A stretch of 64,000 nucleotides of DNA, taken from the NCBI GenBank assembly GCA_963814585.1, contig CAWFDF010000011.1, forward strand, positions 64,001 through 128,000, written 5' to 3'. Origin of the DNA: an uncultured delta proteobacterium (GTDB lineage: Bacteria; Myxococcota; Myxococcia; Myxococcales; Anaeromyxobacteraceae). The notes under the pieces were generated by a model. It saw only the letters and a program-made list of their open reading frames with translations. It did not search any database and was not told where the DNA came from. The position numbers were made by a program, and so were the translations under genes. How positions within the stretch are numbered: the first letter of the stretch is position 1; every line of letters starts with the position of its first letter. Below are positions 53,501 through 63,299 of this stretch, piece by piece.

Positions 53501-53935
53501 GCGACCAGCCGCCTTCTGCTCCAGGGAAGGCGGGTACTGGTCATCGATCCGTTTGCGTTTGGCGAGAGCCAAATGCCCGGGGCTTTCTTGATGGCACTTA
53601 CCTCAGGTGTCGGGCAGCGCCCGCTCGGGTTGGCGGCCAGCCAGGTCTCGGCCATTGCCCGCTTGCTCAGTGCGGAGCGGGGCGGTGTGAGTGTCCCTAC
53701 GATCGCCGCGGTGGGACCCGAGGTGTCGGTGGTGGCCCTCTTGGCCGCCGTGCTCGAGCCAACGTTCGTGGGCGGCGTTGACGTCGAGGGATCGCTAGTC
53801 TCGTTGAAGAGCCTTATCGACTCCAACTCGTCCCCGTACTCAATGCTCACCGTCTGGACCTACGGCTTGCTGGCGGAGGCAGATCTCAATGACCTGGAGG
53901 CCCTGATAGCCCCGCGACCGGTGGTCCATCGCTAG
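50567..53935 (+). CDS. Lipoprotein with six Ig-like repeats and an acetylxylan-esterase-like alpha/beta hydrolase
   Basis: Lipobox LAAC; six ~78-aa repeats (V.GW.D..V.W...GG..D..G.F/YTAP..PG...V.ATS..D); RIGVTGLSGG nucleophile elbow, NNAYDDCCF, GTHNF; degenerate second hydrolase half. Confidence 0.82.
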   Translation: MTFLQKRSLLPAVTLLLLAACGRPGPTAARSLRISPASLTLPVGGLGLVQASVDGGGEVSWTTTGGFLDGAGYFHAPMAAGTYSVIATSLSDPPISDSIAVEVLDMSVVLAPASTKVITGREVQFTVAVTGWNDPSVTWTATGGTVDETGRFTAPLEPGTFTVSATSRATAAKVATATVDVHEVSVAIDASATEVLAGQVLQFDSIVTGWPDSRVDWSSSGGVIDQDGRFTAPSTPGVYAITATSHADSSRSATVAVRVGEIVLAVGPQGAAVLTQGQLQFSATVAGWPDGAVIWSTTGGTVDSNGVLLAPASPGHYSVTAHSAIDPSKFASAEFTVSQLAIAVAPVATEVLTGQRLRFTAEVTGWFDTGATWTASSGTVDINGLYTAPDLPGVQTVTATSIADPSRSASASVVVSELLVSLAPSAMAVAPGQQRQLTVSVSGWPDRSVSWTIPEGYPCGSVSSSGLYTAPLMVIATACHAIAVAAADPTKSASVTITVAPQAHPDAGIATLRLILSGQILDDNGATGDIRSYFRSSLPVVSVPADLTAWQQDVSTLRRRFLDEVVFAGRASEWRDASTRVEWLERIDGGPGYQIRKLRYEALPGLWIPGLLYMPTGLSGPAPAMLHPVGHSPEGKAEVALQARCINLAKRGVIGLSIDWYWTGQLGTVPDATSGFTHGLLHQISLAGASGMAPFYLALSRAVDVLETLPEVDAARIGVTGLSGGAWQAIWLAALDPRIAITNTVAGFSPLSTCMEFYKDIGDFEELPVDMGSVGDFTHLAAMAAPRPLLLVNNAYDDCCFGADHALQPVYEAALPAYRLYGVPDSLQTHVNYAPGTHNFGRDNREQLYRFVGDFFFPGDASWDPIEASPGEIKTEDQLRVELPLVQTDFRSLAQQLAATLPARAPTAQRVAQVVRSHVWDAEWLRTDAPELAGEVVVRRRTLRIGAAWTVPAVELELPGAREDVIVMADTGRAGAAAATSRLLLQGRRVLVIDPFAFGESQMPGAFLMALTSGVGQRPLGLAASQVSAIARLLSAERGGVSVPTIAAVGPEVSVVALLAAVLEPTFVGGVDVEGSLVSLKSLIDSNSSPYSMLTVWTYGLLAEADLNDLEALIAPRPVVHR

Positions 53936-54013
53936 GTCCACGGAAGGGCTGCTGAAGCGTGACCGGGGAACGTCGGCTGAACCCAGGGTTGGCACCTGGA
54001 GTCGCTGGCCGGC

Positions 54014-54817
54014 TTGAAGTACCGGGAGTATCTGTGGGAGGGTACGTACCTCGCCCAGCCGGGCCAGGCGATGGGCTCGGCTGCAAGCTCGTTCCGGAGA
54101 GAGATGAGATCCCTCCTAAAGAAGTTCAGACCCTACGTCTTTGGCGGCCAGCAGGTCAGTCAGCGAGACGCGCTGGTGCTCGAGTTCATTGCGCGCCAGC
54201 CATCCGGCTCCATGCTACTGGACGCCGGCGCCGGACCGCAGCGCTTTCGAGCGAACTGTAGCCACCTCCGATATCTTTCGCAGGACTTCGGAGCCTACGC
54301 CGGTGGAGACGACTTCGCCGGTGAACCGCTGGAAGCCTGGAACAGCCAAGCCTGCGACATCATCTCCGACATCACCGACATCCCCCTGGAGACAGGTACG
54401 GTGGACTCGATTATTTGCGTCGAAGTTCTGGAGCACCTCCCCCAGCCAGCCGAAGCATTAGGGGAATTCGCGCGACTGCTCAAGCCCACCGGGCGTGTTC
54501 TGGTCACCGCACCCTTCAACTCCCAGTACCATCAGCTTCCTTACTTCTATTTCAGCGGCTTTTCGAGCGAGTTCTACAGGTTTTGCGCCGCGCGCCATGG
54601 TCTCCGAATTGTGCAGCTTTCCCCGATCGGCGATTACTACCACTCACTCGCTCAGGAACTGCTTCGGCTTCCGTTCTTGAAGTCGGGCATCCTGCTCAAG
54701 CTGCTCTCGGCCGTACTCCTCCTGCCCGCATACGCCTACATCTGGCTGCTGCACGCGCTGCAGATCCCGTCGCCCAGGAGCCCAATGTGCTATGTGGTCG
54801 AACTGCAGAGGGAGTGA
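54014..54817 (+). CDS. SAM-dependent methyltransferase (type 11), polysaccharide-associated; start uncertain
   Basis: LLDAGAG, DITDIP, CVEVLEHLP, LKPTG..LVTAPF...HQLPY. Confidence 0.85.
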   Translation: MKYREYLWEGTYLAQPGQAMGSAASSFRREMRSLLKKFRPYVFGGQQVSQRDALVLEFIARQPSGSMLLDAGAGPQRFRANCSHLRYLSQDFGAYAGGDDFAGEPLEAWNSQACDIISDITDIPLETGTVDSIICVEVLEHLPQPAEALGEFARLLKPTGRVLVTAPFNSQYHQLPYFYFSGFSSEFYRFCAARHGLRIVQLSPIGDYYHSLAQELLRLPFLKSGILLKLLSAVLLLPAYAYIWLLHALQIPSPRSPMCYVVELQRE

Positions 54818-54851
54818 CCGTGGATACCCTGCTGCAGTTTGGGCCGTATCC

Positions 54852-55772
54852 GTGAGCGCAACCGGGGCCCGCCAGGAGCGGTACTGCGCCGGCATCGTCC
54901 TCTTTCATCCCGAAGGCAGCGCCTATCTCGAGACTATCGAGGCCATCCGCAGCGCGGGCATCACCCCGATTGTCTTTGATAACTCCGAGGATCCCGCCGC
55001 GCGCGAGCGCATTCGGACCGCGGTGGCAGCGCGCTTCCCGTGCTCGGCCGTATTCCTGTCCGAGGGGGAAAACGTTGGACTCTCCGCCGCATACAACCGG
55101 ATCATCGAGGCGGCCGAGGCGCTAGGAATGGTCGAGGCGGTAATCCTCCTGGATCAAGATTCTACCATCCCTGTCCAATCGATCCACAACCTCATCGAAA
55201 CCTACCGCCGCGCCCTGGCCCGGCGACCTGTCGGTGTGCTGTCTGGCATGGCAATGCGTCCGGACCAGGTCCCGTATCGCTTCTACCCGGTGGGAGACCC
55301 AGACACTCTCCCCGGCCTGCTCCACGTTCGGATGGCGCCAAGCAGTTTCTCCCTCGTTCCGCTGTCGGCCGTTCGAGCAGTGGGGCGCTTCTACGACGAC
55401 TTCTTTATTGACCATATCGATGTAGACTTCTGCCTCCGATGCCACAGGCACGGTCTGCTGGTGGCCATCGATCCGAGCGCCCCGTTCCCGCACTTGATTG
55501 GTCATGGGCTGGTGACCGTTCTTGGGCACGCCGTGAGCCCGATCTCCTCACCGTTCCGCCATTACTACCAGGTCCGAAATATCATTCTCTCGGCTCGTCG
55601 CCGCGGTGCTTCTTGGTTCGAAGCTACCCGTGAAGTCACAAAGCGGTTCGTTGTGATCGGCATCGTTGGCTTCTCGGCGGGGGGAATACTTGCCCGGTAC
55701 GGCTTTGCCCTCCGTGGACTCAGCGATGGTCTCCGCGGTCGCGGAGGCCAGATGCCCCGGCAGATTGGCTAG
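54852..55772 (+). CDS. GT2 glycosyltransferase, rhamnosyltransferase-like
   Basis: IVLFHP, FDNS, ENVGLSAAYN, LLDQDS, FFIDHIDVDFCLR, RHYYQVRN. Confidence 0.88.
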   Translation: MSATGARQERYCAGIVLFHPEGSAYLETIEAIRSAGITPIVFDNSEDPAARERIRTAVAARFPCSAVFLSEGENVGLSAAYNRIIEAAEALGMVEAVILLDQDSTIPVQSIHNLIETYRRALARRPVGVLSGMAMRPDQVPYRFYPVGDPDTLPGLLHVRMAPSSFSLVPLSAVRAVGRFYDDFFIDHIDVDFCLRCHRHGLLVAIDPSAPFPHLIGHGLVTVLGHAVSPISSPFRHYYQVRNIILSARRRGASWFEATREVTKRFVVIGIVGFSAGGILARYGFALRGLSDGLRGRGGQMPRQIG

Positions 55773-56057
55773 ACCGGAGTCCGTGATTCGCGATCAGCCG
55801 CCGAACCGTGGAGGGACTGATACCACTGATGGGGTACGAAGAATCGGGCCAGGTCACCAGAGTCCACGCCTCTGAATCCATGGGCCTGCAGGCCAGGGCC
55901 GTTGGTGCTTCTGCGGACGCGGTATTGCACGGTGTGAGCGGCGAATTCCTCAGTCATTTCGTTTTCTCGCTTGATTGTTCCGAATCACGATCGGTCGTTT
56001 AGTTCTCGCCCAACTCACACCCGTACTCATTCACGTTTCCGGCCTCTCCGAGTAGCC

Positions 56058-57281
56058 ATGCCTGCCATTGCCCTTCTCGCGCTGTACCTGATCGGGACCC
56101 GGAGACAACCCTTCGCTAGTCGCCCGGATCGACTGCTCGCCGCGACATGGCTCCTGCTCCTCGGCGGGTACGAAATCTTGGGGGAGGGATTCGTTCCGCT
56201 CAGCAACGCGTTTCTCGCGATCTTCGCCTCTTTCTTCGTGCTGTTCGCCGTCTTCCACTGGCTGGGTCGAGTTGCGGCCAGCGCGCTTCCTCGCCTGGCG
56301 CTGCCCACGCTCTTCCGGCCGAACGTGGTGATCGTTCTCGGAATCTGCGCATCCATGGCGTCAATCACCCTGGCCCTCGGCGCGGCACGAAGCCCGGGCG
56401 TGCTGACGGCCATGGACTTTCGAGATCTGCTTGGCGACGCGGAAGGTGGACGCGTTTCTGTCGGTGTTGGCCTTACGTTTCCGCTGGCGTGCGGTGGCTG
56501 GTGTACGGCTCGCAAGCTCGGTCGGACCAGGACTGCCTGGTTCCTAGGCCTGCTGGTCCTGGCCGTGGCGATCATCTCTACGTCCAAGATCTTTCTGGCG
56601 CTCTTCCTCCTGTTCCTCATGCCTTGGTGGGGATCTCCGGTGCGGCTCCGGCGCTGGGCGATCGCGGGTGCGCTCGTCGCCGGCATCGCTTTCGGCCTAT
56701 CGCACGTACTCCTCGATAAGTTCTCATCCTCCCCTGAGGGGCGCCTCATGGGTGCCTTGGTCGACACATTCCAAGTGTACCTCTTCGGCGGTATTGCCGG
56801 CTTCCAGCAGGTGCTCGCCGGAACCGCCACATTCCCCGAGGGAGCAATGTGGAAGCCGATAGGCGACCTCCTTCCGGGGAGCCTCCGGGTGCCTCAGAGC
56901 GCCATCCTCCCCTGGACCACCGTCGGGGAATGGGAAACCAACGTCTACAGCGCGTTCGCCTACTGGTTCGACGCCTTCGACGCCGCCTCAGGAGTGGTGG
57001 TAGGAGCGGCGCTTGGCCTGTTCTACGGCCTCACATTCGGCCGCGAACGCGTTGGCTGCGCCATGGAGTTCATGCGAACCTACCTCCTGTTCCCGCTCCT
57101 CTTCATGTTCCACCAAGACTTCTTCCTACCTTCGTTGTTGGGCCACATTGGATTCCTGGGTGCGGCGCTGCTGCTAGACCTGACCGAATTGCCAATGCCG
57201 CTCACACCTGGCACGGGTTCGGACCAGGGCGCTCCGGAGGGGCCGGTCGACCCTACGTACGTCTTGGGCGAAGGCGGGTGA
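56058..57281 (+). CDS. wzy: Wzy-type oligosaccharide repeat-unit polymerase
   Basis: About 10 TM segments; STSK, YLFGGI..F, TNVYSAF..WF.D motif typical of O-antigen polymerases. Confidence 0.75.
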   Translation: MPAIALLALYLIGTRRQPFASRPDRLLAATWLLLLGGYEILGEGFVPLSNAFLAIFASFFVLFAVFHWLGRVAASALPRLALPTLFRPNVVIVLGICASMASITLALGAARSPGVLTAMDFRDLLGDAEGGRVSVGVGLTFPLACGGWCTARKLGRTRTAWFLGLLVLAVAIISTSKIFLALFLLFLMPWWGSPVRLRRWAIAGALVAGIAFGLSHVLLDKFSSSPEGRLMGALVDTFQVYLFGGIAGFQQVLAGTATFPEGAMWKPIGDLLPGSLRVPQSAILPWTTVGEWETNVYSAFAYWFDAFDAASGVVVGAALGLFYGLTFGRERVGCAMEFMRTYLLFPLLFMFHQDFFLPSLLGHIGFLGAALLLDLTELPMPLTPGTGSDQGAPEGPVDPTYVLGEGG

Positions 57282-58776
57282 CGATACGGTTCTTCAGGTC
57301 CGACAGGCCGTCGCGCTCGAGGAGCACCCTCCAGGTGAAGATGGACAACGACGCCAGTACCGTGCCGAGGAGCAGGGCCTTGGCGACCGCTGGAAGGCCC
57401 GCCAATGCCGTCGCAAACAGTACCAGCACCCCGGCCATCGCGAAGACCGATCGTGCGGTTGGCAGCAATGGGGCGCCAGTCGCCTGCCTCGCAAGCGCGC
57501 TCAACAGGAGCAAGTCCAAGCCAACACGGGCGGTCCACGCCACCGCCGTTCCGATGATGCCAAACCGCCCGGTGAGGACGATCACCAAAGCGACGTAGAG
57601 CGGCAACTCGAGCACGTGAATCCGTGCCGTCAAGTCGGCTCTGCCCGCGCCCTGGAGGAGACTGAACGGGATGTGGGCGATACCGTTAAGGAAGGTGCCG
57701 AGCGCGATCACCTGAGCGACTCGGAATGCGTTCCCCGCGAACTCCGATCCCATCCATGCCGTCAGGCCCTCTTCGGCGAACAACGCGATGGCGAGCGTCG
57801 GCACCAGCAAGACCAAGCCAGTATAGCGCACGCTGAGGCGATAGAGCCGTTGCCCCCCGGCGCGACCCGAGGCGGTTGCCGCGCTGAAGAGCGGGAAGAG
57901 GACACCTACAACCGCCCCTGGAAGGAGGAGCGCCTTGGTGACCACCTCCCAAGGGGTCGCATACCAGGCCACCGCCTCGAGTGAGACGCGACTCCCAAGA
58001 AGGAAGCGGTCCATGTAGACCAAGATCGGGCTGATGACGTTCGAGACCGTCATCCATCCACCCAGCCTGAGCAATGGTCGAACCTGTCCTGGGTCGAACT
58101 TGGGGCCATGCAGCATGAGAGGCAGGCCACGGAGACACGCAGTGGCAAACGCCACCCACGCCACCAAGCGGCCCGCAAAGAGCACGCCCGCCACCCAGGC
58201 GAGGCTGCGCGTGCCGAAAGGGACGAGCAGGAGCGGGCCCGCGACGAACCACACCCCCAGGGGCGCGCGGATCAAGTTACTCGCGAGGAAGCGGCCCTGC
58301 GCTTCAATCACCCCTCGAAGCCCGGCGGTGGTCACGACGAAGGGGACTGTCAGCGCGAGGATGCGAACCGCTGTGATCGCCTCTGGCTGCATTCCGGGTG
58401 GGATCGCAAGAGCCGTTGCCACTAGCCAGTTGGCCGCCAGGGCCATGGACAAGCCGGCGACCACTCCCAGCGCCGCGATGATCGCCAGGCCCGTCCAGAC
58501 CAGGCGTGGAATAGTGATCTCGAGCGGAGTTGCGATTCGCTCCGCCACGACCTTGGTGAGGGCTCGGCCGAGCCCCAAATCGAAGAGCCCGAAGTATCCG
58601 ATGATGGCCCAGGCCAGCGTCAGGAACCCGACTCGCTCAGTCCCGAGATTCCGATTGAGGGCTGGAAAGCCGACAACGGCCGCCAGGACCGGGATGAGTG
58701 CGCCAACGAGGTTGATGGTGGCATTGGAGGCTATCGCCAGCGGCGCTGTGCTTATAGCCTTGAGAGGGGAGTTCAT
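57253..58776 (-). CDS. wzx: Wzx flippase
   Basis: N...NL.G, FDLGLG.AL, MDRFLLG, Y..P.E, LFP; 12 or more TM segments. Confidence 0.9.
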   Translation of the reverse strand: MNSPLKAISTAPLAIASNATINLVGALIPVLAAVVGFPALNRNLGTERVGFLTLAWAIIGYFGLFDLGLGRALTKVVAERIATPLEITIPRLVWTGLAIIAALGVVAGLSMALAANWLVATALAIPPGMQPEAITAVRILALTVPFVVTTAGLRGVIEAQGRFLASNLIRAPLGVWFVAGPLLLVPFGTRSLAWVAGVLFAGRLVAWVAFATACLRGLPLMLHGPKFDPGQVRPLLRLGGWMTVSNVISPILVYMDRFLLGSRVSLEAVAWYATPWEVVTKALLLPGAVVGVLFPLFSAATASGRAGGQRLYRLSVRYTGLVLLVPTLAIALFAEEGLTAWMGSEFAGNAFRVAQVIALGTFLNGIAHIPFSLLQGAGRADLTARIHVLELPLYVALVIVLTGRFGIIGTAVAWTARVGLDLLLLSALARQATGAPLLPTARSVFAMAGVLVLFATALAGLPAVAKALLLGTVLASLSIFTWRVLLERDGLSDLKNRIVTRLRPRRT

Positions 58777-58982
58777 CGGCTGCTGGATTCTTGGTCGCTT
58801 CCCGCGCGCGGAGGCTCAGAAGAACTGCATATTAGTCTATCATTCTGCGACCTGGAGCGCTCAGGGGTGTTAGCGTTCAAGTGTCAGCCGGAGCCATCCC
58901 AGGCCGGTGCACCGCGTGTCCTGAGAGCCGATCGGACTTCTCCCGGCCTGATGGCCATTCACCCTCGGAGGATCGCCGTCGC

Positions 58983-60975
58983 ATGTGCGGATTCGCAGGC
59001 TTCCTGTGTCCCCCAGGCTCCGCCGATCACCTCACATCCCTGGCGCGCCGCATGGCCCGGACCATTGCCCACCGTGGTCCAGACGACGAGGGCGTCTGGG
59101 TGGACCCCCTTGGCTCGGTCGCGCTCGGCTTCCGCCGGCTGGCCATCCTCGACCTCACGCCCGAGGGCCGCCAACCCATGGCGTCGGCCGATGCCAGGTA
59201 TGTCGTCACTTTCAACGGAGAGATCTACAACTTCGACGCGCTCCGGAGTGAGTTAGCGACACTCGGGCATCGCTTTCGAGGCCGATCTGATACCGAAGTA
59301 CTGCTCGCCGCCGTGGTCCAGTGGGGCATCGAGCAGACCCTCCCTCGACTTTGGGGCATGTTCGCACTTGCTCTCTGGGATGGCCGTGAGCGGCTTCTGC
59401 ACCTCGGCCGTGATCGGCTCGGGAAGAAGCCTCTCTATTTCGGCTGGCAGGGTGACGTATTCCTCTTCGGGTCGGAGCTCAAGGCACTTCGTGCGCACCC
59501 TGCGTTTGCAGCGACGGTAGATCGCGACGCGCTGACGAGCTACCTGCGCTTCTCCTATGTCCCTGCCCCGCAGTCCATCCACCGCGGAATCGCCAAGTTA
59601 CCCGCCGCATCCTGGGTCACCATTCGACCCGACCAGCCAGGCCACGTGCCTCCGTTCCGGCGCTACTGGGATTCTGATGGCCCTGGCACGGTCCGGTGAA
59701 GCTTCGCCGGTTTTAGTTAGCGACTCGGAGGCCACCGACGTTCTGGACCAGCTCCTGCGAGATGCCGTCCGGCTGCGCGCCGTGGCCGACGTGCCCCTCG
59801 GTGCATTCCTGTCGGGAGGCATCGACTCATCCACGGTGGTTGCGCTACTGCAGGCGGAGACCTCGAAGCGAGTCCGGACCTTCACCATTGGATACGCCCA
59901 GACGGAGTACGACGAGTCGGCCCACGCTCGCGAGGTGGCCCAGCACCTGGGAACGGACCACACCACGCTCGTAGTGACGCCCGAGGAGGCGATGGCGGTC
60001 ATCCCCCACCTTCCCGTGCTCTATGATGAGCCGTTCGCGGACGCCTCCCAGATTCCGACCTTCCTGGTCTCGAAACTGGCGCGGAGCCGCGTCACCGTTG
60101 CGCTCTCAGGTGATGGGGGCGACGAGTCATTTGGCGGGTACACCCGCTACGTCGCAGGGATGGGGCTCTGGCTGAGCCCGCAGCAATGGGCTGAGCCCAT
60201 CCGGCGAGCCCTCGCCTCGGCCTTGATGGCCGCGACGCCCTCCAGTTGGAGCCGCTTGGGGGCGCTTCTCGATCCTCTCCTTCCGCGACGGATCCGGGGC
60301 CAATTGACGGGGAACCGGGTCCAGAAGCTCGCGACGGTGCTCGGCGCGACAGACCTCCGGGAAGTCTACCTGAGCCTAGTGTCCACTTGGCCCAAGCCCG
60401 AAGCGGTGGCGCGCGGCGGCACGGAGGCATTCAGTTCGCTTCCCGCCTGGCACGCGAGCGAGGCCTTGCGCTCGCCCGCCCATCGGATGATGCTCCTCGA
60501 CGTCCTCGGTTACCTGCCAGATGACGTTCTGGTGAAGGTGGACCGGGCCAGCATGGCCGTAGGGCTGGAGGCGCGCGCACCGCTGCTCGATCACCGGGTT
60601 GTCGAGTTCGCCTGGAGCCTTCCCATCGATCAGAAGATTCGAGGCCGGGAGGGCAAGTGGCTCCTCCGCCAGGTGCTGGAGCGCTATGTGCCGCGCGCTC
60701 TGTTCGAGCGGCCCAAGCAGGGGTTTGGGGTTCCGATTGATGCATGGCTTCGCGGTCCCCTTCGCGACTGGGCAGAGGATCTCCTCTCGGAAGAACGGCT
60801 GCGGCGGGAGGGATACCTGGCGCCCGCTCCGATCCGGTCTGCCTGGCAGGAGCACCTGGCGGGTTCGGCCAACCGCCAGCAGCAGATCTGGGCCGTGTTG
60901 ATGTTCCAGGCCTGGCTGGCCTCCAATGGCGAAGCGTCAGCTCAGCCGCGCCTGGGCTCGCCGTCTGCCCCGTAG
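58983..60975 (+). CDS. asnB: Asparagine synthase (glutamine-hydrolysing)-like amidotransferase, one frameshift at ~59672
   Basis: MCGFAG, HRGPD, RRLAILDL, FNGEIYN, SDTEV; then in the next frame FLSGGIDSS, DEPFAD, LSGDGGDE, KVDRASM, RPKQGF. Confidence 0.92.
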
Positions 60976-61970
60976 TAGCCGAGGTACCACTCGGCGAGCC
61001 GCGCCAGGCCATCATCGAGGGAGGTCGTTGGACGGAAGCCAACAGCCCGCTCCAGGGCTGAGGCGTCGGCATGGGTCGCAAGCACGTCGCCAGGCTGCAT
61101 CGGTGCCATCAAGAGCGTGGCCTTTCGCCCGAGCGCCTTCTCCAGAGCGCGAATGAAGTCCAGCAGGCCGACTGGTTGGCTATTGCCAACGTTGTAGATC
61201 CGGTACGGAGCAGCACTCCGGCACACGTCGCCGCCATCGCTCCTCCAAGTCGGGTCCACGACGGGCACCAGCGGAATCACGCGCACCACGCCCTCAACGA
61301 TATCATCCACGTAGGTGAAGTCGCGGGTGAGGTTCCCATAGTTGTAGACCTGGATCGGCTTCCCGATAAGGATTGCCTTGGTGAAGAGCATGGGTGCCAT
61401 GTCGGGCCGGCCCCACGGCCCGTAGACCGTGAAGAAGCGCAGCCCGGTCACCGGCAAGCCGTACACATGGCTGTAGGAATGGGCCATGAGCTCGTTCGCC
61501 TTCTTGGTTGCGGCGTAGAGGCTCTCAGGATGATTGACGTTGTCGTTCTCCGAGAAGGGCACCTTGATGTTCCCGCCGTATACGGAGCTAGAACTCGCGA
61601 AGACGAGGTGCCGGACGCCGTGGCGCCGGCATTCCTCGAGCACGTTCAGGAACCCGACAATGTTGCTGTCCACGTAGGCGCGCGGGTTCTCCAGCGAGTA
61701 GCGAACACCCGCTTGGGCAGCCAAGTGAACCACGACCTCCGGAGGCCTCACATTGAAGGCTCTCCTCATGCCCTCGGCGTCGGACAGGTCGCACCTCTCG
61801 AAAGCGAATCCAGGCCGAGAACTCAGCAGGGCCAAGCGATTGAGCTTCAACTGAACATCGTAGTAGGGGTTGAGGTTGTCGAGCCCCACGATTTCCATGC
61901 CCGCATCGAGCAGTCTCTGCGCCACGAAGAAGCCAATGAAGCCCGCGACCCCCGTCACGAGCACTTTCAT
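60942..61970 (-). CDS. NAD-dependent epimerase, UDP-glucuronate 4-epimerase-like
   Basis: VTGVAGFIG, HLAAQAGVRYSLENP, ASSSSVYG, YAATK, FFTVYGPWGRPDMA, QPGDV. Confidence 0.93.
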   Translation of the reverse strand: MKVLVTGVAGFIGFFVAQRLLDAGMEIVGLDNLNPYYDVQLKLNRLALLSSRPGFAFERCDLSDAEGMRRAFNVRPPEVVVHLAAQAGVRYSLENPRAYVDSNIVGFLNVLEECRRHGVRHLVFASSSSVYGGNIKVPFSENDNVNHPESLYAATKKANELMAHSYSHVYGLPVTGLRFFTVYGPWGRPDMAPMLFTKAILIGKPIQVYNYGNLTRDFTYVDDIVEGVVRVIPLVPVVDPTWRSDGGDVCRSAAPYRIYNVGNSQPVGLLDFIRALEKALGRKATLLMAPMQPGDVLATHADASALERAVGFRPTTSLDDGLARLAEWYLGYYGADGEPRRG

Positions 61971-63112
61971 CGCGATCCTCCGGAATCCCCGAGGACTTCT
62001 GAGTAGATGCCAAGCGTTTGCTCGACGACCTGCGTCACGGCGAACTCCTTCTCGACCAGCGCACGGCCTGCCCGGCCGAAGGCAGCACGAAGGTCTTGGT
62101 CTGCCACCAGCCGGGTCAAGGCACCAGCCAGGGCGCCGGAGTCGCGTGGCGGAACCAGCAGTCCGTTCCGGTTGTGCTGGACGATTTCGCGGCAACCAGG
62201 CATGTCGGTCGTGACGATGGCGCGACCACAGGCCGCCGCCTCGATGAGCACCTTGGGCACCCCTTCGCCGTACGTGCTCGGCAGGGCCACCACGTTGCTG
62301 GAGGCGAGGACTGCTGGCATATCCCCGCGGTGGCCCCACCATTCGACCACGCCTTCGCGCACCCAGCGCTTCAACTGTTCCTCCGGCACGGCCTCGAGGC
62401 TCGCGGGGTCGGTACTGCCCACTAATGCCATCCGGACCGGGATTCCTTGCGCTTGGAGTTGCCGGGCCGCCTCTACGAACTCCCTCACGCCCTTTGGCCA
62501 GAGCATTCGTGCTGGCAGGATGACTAGTGGGACACCGCGCTCCTCATCCGTGGTGCAGTAGACGGATGGATCTACGCCGGAACCTCGAATGACAACCGTC
62601 GTGGCCTCCTCGACGAGTCCCACTCGAACGAACGCGTCTCGATCCTCGGGGTGCTGGAAGATGAAGCGAGCCCGGGGATGACTGAGCGCAGTCCGGCCCA
62701 GGGCGGCGATCATGGAGCGGAGGATGCGCGCTTTGAGGTCGTCGCTGGAGTACACATATCCGAGTCCGGTCAGGGCATTGACGACGGCCGGCACTCCGGT
62801 GAGTCGCGCGGCCAGGGTCCCGTACAGGACGGCCTTCAGGGAAACGTGGTGAACGATCCGGGGTCGCAGCGTGCGGTAGAGGCGCGTCAGCGCCAGGAGC
62901 GTGGGCACCTCGGTCCAGGGAGCCGCGCCCGACCGAGCGAGCGGAAAGGGATGGACGACGAACCCCATGCTCCGCAGCGCATCCACCTCTGGCGCCTCGG
63001 GCACGGCGATGTGTACGTCGAACCCCGCTTCTCGCGCGCCAATCGCCACCGGAAGCCGATGCGTCACGAAGAACTGGGCTCGGTTGGCGACGAATACGAT
63101 TCGGGGGTTCAT
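61967..63112 (-). CDS. GT4 glycosyltransferase (CapM-like)
   Basis: HRL, TGLG, GSGVD, ARML..KGV.EF, LPS.YGEGVPKVLIEAAA.G, TD.PGCREIV. Confidence 0.92.
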   Translation of the reverse strand: MNPRIVFVANRAQFFVTHRLPVAIGAREAGFDVHIAVPEAPEVDALRSMGFVVHPFPLARSGAAPWTEVPTLLALTRLYRTLRPRIVHHVSLKAVLYGTLAARLTGVPAVVNALTGLGYVYSSDDLKARILRSMIAALGRTALSHPRARFIFQHPEDRDAFVRVGLVEEATTVVIRGSGVDPSVYCTTDEERGVPLVILPARMLWPKGVREFVEAARQLQAQGIPVRMALVGSTDPASLEAVPEEQLKRWVREGVVEWWGHRGDMPAVLASSNVVALPSTYGEGVPKVLIEAAACGRAIVTTDMPGCREIVQHNRNGLLVPPRDSGALAGALTRLVADQDLRAAFGRAGRALVEKEFAVTQVVEQTLGIYSEVLGDSGGSR

Positions 63113-63299
63113 CGCCTCCTGTAGACCCGCGGCGACTTGAGCGCAACCTTCCGTTCCTACCACGCAACTGCCAGATCTCGCCATGCTAAGGCTTTCGAAA
63201 CGCTATTCGATTGGAACTGCCAGCGCTGGGAGCATGTCGTTACTCTGATGTCTGGGCGGCGCCGGACCCGGCTCTTGTCTTGGGGGACGCCGCAATGCC

